A DNA stretch of 64,000 nucleotides, from contig JBLDXI010000031.1 of NCBI GenBank assembly GCA_047495785.1, positions 930,001 to 994,000 of the forward strand. The letters are read 5' to 3'. The notes under the pieces were generated by a model. The model saw nothing but the letters and a program-made list of their open reading frames with translations, ran no database searches and was not told the DNA's origin. Positions within the stretch are counted from its first letter, which is position 1. The number at the start of each line of letters is the position of its first letter. Shown here in pieces: positions 57,232 to 64,000 of the stretch. This DNA comes from Lepidodermella squamata. Taxonomy: Eukaryota; Animalia; Gastrotricha. Both the position numbers and the translations under genes were made by a program.

Positions 57232-60200
57232 TTATGCGTGGCTAGAAGCGTCGCGGGATGGCGTCTCCTTGATCCACCTCAAAATCCACGCCGTTTCAAC
57301 CTCACGAGCCGCTTTGCAGGCCGGCGTGTCGTCCTTGTTCGCTGCCCTCAGTTCCAAATGATGCGCCCCATCGGGAATGATAACCACCGGCTGGTAGGGT
57401 GACAGCGATTTCAGGACACCGCCCGCACTCCACGGGTCTAGGAGGCCGTTGGAGAACACGATATTCGACGCGGCCTGAATGTTCTTGCCCCAGTACGACA
57501 CTTCGGTCCAGTTCAGATTCGGCCGAACGCCGTAGTACTTGGTCGCGCATTGGTTCGCGAATTCGTCGTCAGACCACGGTTCAGGCTCGAACATATCGTT
57601 AACGCCTGTGTTGCAGAATGGAATCGTCATTTCGGTGCATGTCTGGAATTCCCAGCCATGCGTATCAAGGTCAGCTGTCTAAAAAAAGAAGGAACAAATG
57701 AAATATAAATGTCGAACAATTTTGGCAAATTTAAATTGTCAAGCTTTGAAATTGAAAAAACCCAGGTTCCAAATCGAAAATCCAGTCGAAAAATATGAAA
57801 TTTGTTCCACTTTTTAAACACTAGAAGACGAAAACTGTCATTGAGACGATAAATTTTCCGTTTTAACGCGATTTAATAAATTCTGATGCCACAAAAATCA
57901 TTCTCTTCAAAAAATTATGAATAAATTTCTACAATAAGTAAAATTTACCTCACTGCCTGGTGGCGCAATGTCGAAGCATTTGCCAGCTTGCCCAGTGTAG
58001 TTGTAGTAGATGTTGATGGATTCACGAATGCCGAGCAAGAGTGCGTCCTGGTCGGCCGTCAAATCGCTGTTCATATTGCCGGCCTTGCACATCTCGCGAA
58101 TCGGCCATGGCGGCAGCGGGGCAAGAAAATCGGTCCCGTACGGGTAGTTGACCTAAAAAGGTATAGCAAAGGCGATAAATATCTATCCATTCACTTGAAA
58201 AATAAAGGTGGATATTATAGGAGGATAATATAAATTATGCTCGCCAGGCTATCGATTTCGTTATACGTTCACGTCACGAAACACGAAACAGATGTAGAAA
58301 TGACGCGATGAAGGTAACTAATAATGATTCATTTTGATGAATCACGAAAGATGAATCATCAATTGGATGAATTGAATCAGAAAATAAGTCCGAAATTGTA
58401 ACAACTTATATGGGCTATATGGGCAAAACTACCAAGATTGAGCCTAATTACTGGAAAATGAAAATTTTCCTTCTGTCCTATTAGAAAAATTCTACTAATT
58501 TGCTCTCTGATCTCTCGAGTATTCCTTCTTGCGAAATCACTCTTACTTCAAGTGAAAAGTGGGGTTTGGCGGAGAACCAACAAATACGGTCTTCTCAGAC
58601 ATGACGAGGCATACTATATCGCTAACATGGTAACTACAAGTAAGATGAGCAATCATAAAAAGATAAATTCCTGCAAGCATCAAGCCGAGCACTCCCGCTT
58701 GACATCAATACACTACCACAACTTCCTAACAACCCAAATACCAGAATGCTTATGTTCTTTACCCTTTGGTTTTTGTGCGATTGGTAATTGTCAGTCGGAA
58801 CCCTTCATCGGAGTGCTGCGGTTTCTCGGCCCGATGAATCCCCTCGGATATGACATGAAGCATGAATTTGCCAAAAACTTCACGTTTTGTGACAACGGAA
58901 AGCCTCAGCTCGGAGAGCTTTTTTCAACTCGAAAGAAATTTATGAAAACTTGCATCTCGGGGACGTTTATCAAGTCTAAATTCACAAGCCCAGGAAAGGT
59001 CACAAACTGAAACATTTTAAGAAGGAGGCGGACAAGCGAGCCATTTCGCAAATAATGAAGTGAGCAATGATATGACGAAGTAGTGTTTTTCTAATATGTG
59101 TTATATAGGCGGAACTGGACTGAATTTGTGAATCGCAGGGCTGTTCACGTTTGTTTTGACCACTACCTACACTTCGATGAAAGTGGTTACCTTTCAATTT
59201 GATCAAGCATCCAAACCTCACATTTATTTCCCCAGGTGAGCCCGCTGGCCTTTCATGGCCGTGCTGACAAGTTTATTTAACTGCCGGATCCTGAGCCGAG
59301 AGGCAGAAGAGCGTCTAGTTTAGGCGACGCCTCTAATGGCATGATGTCAGATGATTATTTCATTGCGCGACTAAACTTTTAGTGATGAGATATCTACCTG
59401 ATGATCGGTCGGCTACCTATCATTGGCGCTGGTGTCATTCGACCAGTCAGGTTTAGATGTTCCGAAAGCCATTCCTCCTAAAATCGAAACTCCCAAGTCT
59501 AGATGTGTTCTCATTCAAACTCAAAGAGCAATCAAATCTTCCTTAAAAATGACTATTCCTTTATATTTTGTATCTGTAATGTCTGAACAGCAGCAATTGT
59601 TATTCGAGACCGGTCTTCAAAGTTTACATGTTCTAATATTTCCCACGTAGCTCTTATTCTTGACTGTACAGATGTTCCGGGCGATCAGCCTCGCCGCGAC
59701 CGTATACTCCGGCGTGAAATTTATTCTTCTTATCGTGGAACTACTACTCTTATAGTCTCAAGTCTCAAGTCTTAAATGCACAATCTAGAGCGGATTGTTT
59801 GAGTATGTCGCTTTAACCTTTGGTTTCTGCAATGCCCCAGCAAACCTGGTCTGATTTGGACTGATTTTTCTTTTGGTTCTTCTCAATGATACCACTCTGT
59901 CGGTGATCACTTGTTCCCTTTCGTTCCTATGCCAGTAACACATGGGCAAGACTGTCTTTCCGGCTTATTTTCGAAAGGGCTGTTTGCATGAATGTTGCCG
60001 ATGATCGCGAGAGAGTGCCGAGGGAAACTTTCTTCACTGCCACCAACAGACCGCTTCCAGAGTACCTCGTGACGTGATTGACGAGACTACTACGACAAAA
60101 AACGTCAAGAAGCGCGAGTGAAAGGGCGAGTGAAATGATTAAAAACAATGATTTTGCGCATGAATTTCTTGTGCAGCTGTTACTCACGCAACAATACGCG

Positions 60201-63200
60201 CACGCCACGCCGTGCTCGCTATTAAAACGCACACAAACACGCACTCATAACAACTTTCGATGGTTTTCAAATGCGAGTTTTTGCGATCATTTTTTATTTT
60301 GAAAATGGGGAAATCTGCTCCCGTGGTCCCAACAGTGCCGAAGGTAGATTATTCTCTTTTAAAATTAAAAAAGCTTATCTTTATTTATTTCCCAGCATGG
60401 CACAAGGCGTTTCAGCGGTGCTTGGATCGGGTTCACCCTGACCTGTACTCGCTGCTCGAGGCACTGCGTGAAGAACAAGACGAAATCCAGACATGCTTCT
60501 CATCTTTTAGCGTCTCTTCCGCAACCGATGCAGATCGGGCTACTATTTTTGCTAAAGCCCTCTATATTATGAAGTTTGCTCGGGAGGCAAAACCCACACC
60601 TGAACAAGATTCCGCTTAATTTCCATCACTTATATCTTTCTGGGGCCCTTTTTCATTTGGTAAATTAAACAGGTTCGGATAGGAGGGCCACGGCCAACAC
60701 AACTTGTTTACGGCATAATTTTCAACTTTGCAAACCAACCAAAATGAATTACGAGTCCTCGCTCACTTCAGATTCTGAACTTTAAAATTAAAGAATTTGC
60801 AACAATTCTTACCATAGCTACAGTTGCGAAGGCGTTCGAAATGTAGTCTTTCAGGCTCTTGACATCCGTAATAGTTTCGTTGCAAGTTCCGAGCAGTTGC
60901 GCGAGTTTTTTCGCGCCATCGTCAGTTTTCGCGAGATTGTTGATGATGTCCCAGCTGGATCGGATGTTCTTACGGCAATTATCACTGCCGTATTTGACGA
61001 AATCTTGCGTGACAACGCGAGCGTACGAATCACAAGGCCATGTGAACGACCAAATCGGAGCCGAACTAGCAATTGCTCCTAAAATAGAAGCAAATAATTG
61101 ATGATGAAATTCGAATAAATTAGTAATAAAACTAGATTCAGGTCGATTTCTGCCACAAAATACCAATAATTTCTAAATTACAAATTTTTCGAATTCTTGA
61201 AATTATGACACCCTTACTGAGGAAAAGCGAAGAGAAAACATGGACGAACAGGCCGATGAAAATGAGACCTCTGTTCCAGATTTTGTGTTAATTGCTTATC
61301 GTTCTCTATGACTCAGATTCATTTACGTTCGGCAGATAATTTAACTTCATTTTGTGATTATTTCTCCTTCGGCTGCTCAGGGAAATTAATACGACCGGTA
61401 CATTATCTATGAAACATCGGTAAGTTCATGCTAGATTGGACGCAACTCAAGTCTTTCGTGTCAAATAAAGCATTTTCTGGAAAGTAAAGATGCAATAAAA
61501 GCGAGCGCAGTTGAGGAATGCTAGCTGCTTGTTGGCGCGTCGTCGCGCTCATACGCTAGCCTGGAGGGCTTGCATTACGCAATTCAAGCAACTCTCGGAG
61601 TCCATCCACAATTCTTCCTGTTCGTAGAACGGCTTCGCAAAGAAGGCAGCAGGGCTGCTCACACAATGGCTCTATTCAGATCTGGCTCTCAGGTTCAGCA
61701 GCAATAACAGCTCAAGTTGATAAGGAGTCTCATTTCGATCTGGCCGCTAAGGCACAAATCGCGGAAGGACAAGTTTTCGACCGGACACGGAGCTTATGCG
61801 GATTTTTCTCGGCGGGCTATGTAACAGGGTATGCAATTACTGCCCAGATGAAGCAACCTAGGTTACCTCCGACTATCGGGGCGATCGATGGAGCTCATAA
61901 ATCAATCAAGGCTCCTGCAAACAACCCAGTCGCATGCAAATGCTTCCAAAGCATAATTTTTCTGGCGACCTGCGATGACAAAAAAAAGTTCATTGATATA
62001 TTGTGCGAGCACCCATGTAGTGTTCCTGGCAGCCGAGTGTTTCGTGAATTGCCTTTTTTCGATGCCATGCAATCAAATGGATATGATCTGTATTATTTCG
62101 GCGATTATTTCGGCTGAGGCGCCCGAAGATGAATGACACGCCTGCTGGCAATCATTCTTTATGCTCTATGGTTGTTACATGCCCAACGATGCCCGCCATG
62201 GTAGTACTTCCTGAAATAATCCCTATTCTCACGCTTGAAGGTGATTTCGTCTATTGGCAGGGTGCAGGGTGCTTTTGTTGATTGCTTAATGCAAACCATT
62301 ATGGCCAAACATTTGACTCAGGACTCGTTTACTACAGGTGGCAATGACACGAAGAATGCCTGGGACAATCGTGATTCATCGGTAAAGTTACTGTTGCTTC
62401 ATCAACTGGAGCCCGAGCTCCATCATCTCATTACACCCAATAATACGGCTAAGGGTAGGTGGGAGGCGTTGAAAGCATATTTCGACACCCAATCCATTGC
62501 CCGGAAGTACCGTGCAATAGAGTCTCTATAGACGATACAGATGGGACATCTTACTCCGGAGGGACAAGTCTGAGCTTTCACTAAGTCCGTTGAGGCTTCA
62601 ACGAAGGCCGGATGCACCACGGACGATTTTACCATGTCTTGTATTTTCTTGCGAGGCTTGCCCGGTATCTACACCCAATTCAGAAACGGTCAGCTTAAGC
62701 AAACGTCTTTGACGCTAACAACCGTCCGGACGGAGACGAGTCATCGTCCCCCGCTCTGGCGAACGTGACGCTTTTACAAGGTACTGCCTCCGCCCCAAGG
62801 CGCGATAAGAACAGGCAGGTACCGAGGAGAATTGCTCACAGCGCGCGCAAGGACTCAAGACCACCTTGTAGTAAGTGCGCAGAGAGTGGAGAGACCACCT
62901 ACAACTGCTACAAGCACCGCCGCGAGGCAGTTACCTGCATTTGTTTTAAGAGGCAAGGCATACTCAAACGGATTAGCGCCCTACGCATGGGTCCGGTTAA
63001 AATGTTCCGCCCAATTAAATTTTCTGATTAAAATCGATAAAAGCAAGAATAAGTTTGGTTCTTATCTGATCGATGGGACTTCAAAGAATTCAACTTGAAT
63101 CATTAGGCAACTCGAGCACAAATTATCCTTATAATATTATTAACTAGTTCAACTAGAACTACACCCTGGAATATGTTTCGAAAACAAAAAACTAATCGGC

Positions 63201-64000
63201 TATACGGCTGATCTGGTCAATGACTAGCACGCATGAATCGCATTGCAAATACGTTCGCCCTCAATGGAACGGTTGTACAAGTTCAGGCATTGACTGACTC
63301 GATGATAGCAGGCACACGCGTACCTGCCCATCGGCGAGTATTCGCACGGGTCAGCTTCGGGCGAATTAAGAAATATTAAGAAAAAATTTCAGATTATATG
63401 CCAAATAGGCAGTTGAACAACATTGTTCCTCATTTATACCAGTTAATTTTCATGCTGATTCACGGTTAACTTATAATGAAGTTTTTTGCCACTTTTCCTT
63501 AATTAAATCATTAATTAGTTAAATCTGCCGATTTAGATTATTTAAAATTAATTAAAACAGAAAATTAATTAATTTCTCAATTTCACATTAGAAATTCAGA
63601 ATCTTACCATCGACAACATCCGGGTATTTCATACGCATCCAAGACGCCAACATGCCGCCATAGCTGCCCCCGAAAACGATGACCTTCGAATTTTCCGCCC
63701 CGTCCCAGTTCGCCTTGATGTACCGAATCAGCATAGCGTAGTCGGCCATGGCCTGGTCCGCCGAAAAATACGCCAAATTAGCCCGGCTCGCATACGCATC
63801 CTTGCCGAACGGCTTCGAATCGCCGTAGTAGCGATGCTCAGCAAAGACAACCAGACCGCCGAGAACAGGCGCCAAGTCCCACAATTGACCGGAATTTTCG
63901 ACAAACAACTCGATAGCACCTTCATTTCCGGCGTAGAACAGGATTGGTCCGCCCTTTTTCCAGTCTTTCATCGAATACAACACCTTCTGCGAGTAGGTTG
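57232..64000 (-). CDS. PRCP: Lysosomal Pro-X carboxypeptidase (peptidase S28), 5' end beyond the window; exons >64000-63608, 61078-60813, 58152-57950, 57678-57232
   Basis: PILFYAGNEG, FAEHRYYG, GGSYGG (Ser), AIASSAPI, AMVNYPY, FSNGLLDPW (Asp) and GAHHLELR (His). Confidence 0.92.
60390..60490 (+). mobile_element. MULE transposase C-terminal fragment
   Basis: AWHKAFQ....VHPDLYSLLEALREEQ matches the E.WH..F......HP....I..L..EQ pattern. Confidence 0.5.
61555..61680 (+). mobile_element. Second MULE transposase-like fragment
   Basis: SLEGLHYAIQATLGVHPQFFLFVERLRKE. Confidence 0.45.
61848..62117 (+). mobile_element. PIF/Harbinger (HARBI1-like) transposase fragment
   Basis: PTIGAIDGAHKSIKAP...FQSIIFLATCDDKKKFIDI...PCSVPGSRVF. 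Confidence 0.8.
62330..62980 (+). mobile_element. Degenerate Ty1/copia gag fragment
   Basis: LHHLITPNNTAKGRWEALKAYFD (UBN2/gag-like), CIFLRGLP.IY..F and decayed CCHC knuckles. Confidence 0.65.

Noticed and set aside
9155-64000. Functional 'endolysosomal gene cluster' (TBC, VPS16, LITAF, PRCP)
   Set aside because: The genes are interspersed with unrelated loci over 55 kb; without synteny evidence, chance is sufficient.

Overview
Compact eukaryotic (invertebrate animal-like) genomic DNA with many 45-60 nt GT-AG introns and a few 1-3 kb introns filled with transposon debris. It is not prokaryotic. Conserved genes: FUT8, a TBC/Rab-GAP-like gene, VPS16, two tandem ferroportins, RNase Z (ELAC2) and PRCP (partial). 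There are also two intron-containing tRNA-Ile(UAU) genes, four LITAF-domain genes, and a partial type II membrane protein with a beta-helix-like ectodomain that the ORF track misses. The most unusual part is a receptor cluster at ~18-29.4 kb. Two head-to-head paralogous MET/AXL-like tyrosine kinases carry unrelated ectodomains: one a catalytically dead trypsin-like domain, the other a class-C-GPCR-type Venus flytrap. They are followed by an intact, kinase-less Venus-flytrap/TM receptor. Both kinase genes and a nearby LamG-like gene are broken in this sequence by an hAT insertion, 8-bp-duplication footprints, an inverted duplication and 1-bp indels. Non-autonomous DNA elements include CACTA, hAT, piggyBac-like, P/hAT-like, and a TSD-less element with a branched hairpin. 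Exon boundaries and family calls were made by eye; no searches were run.
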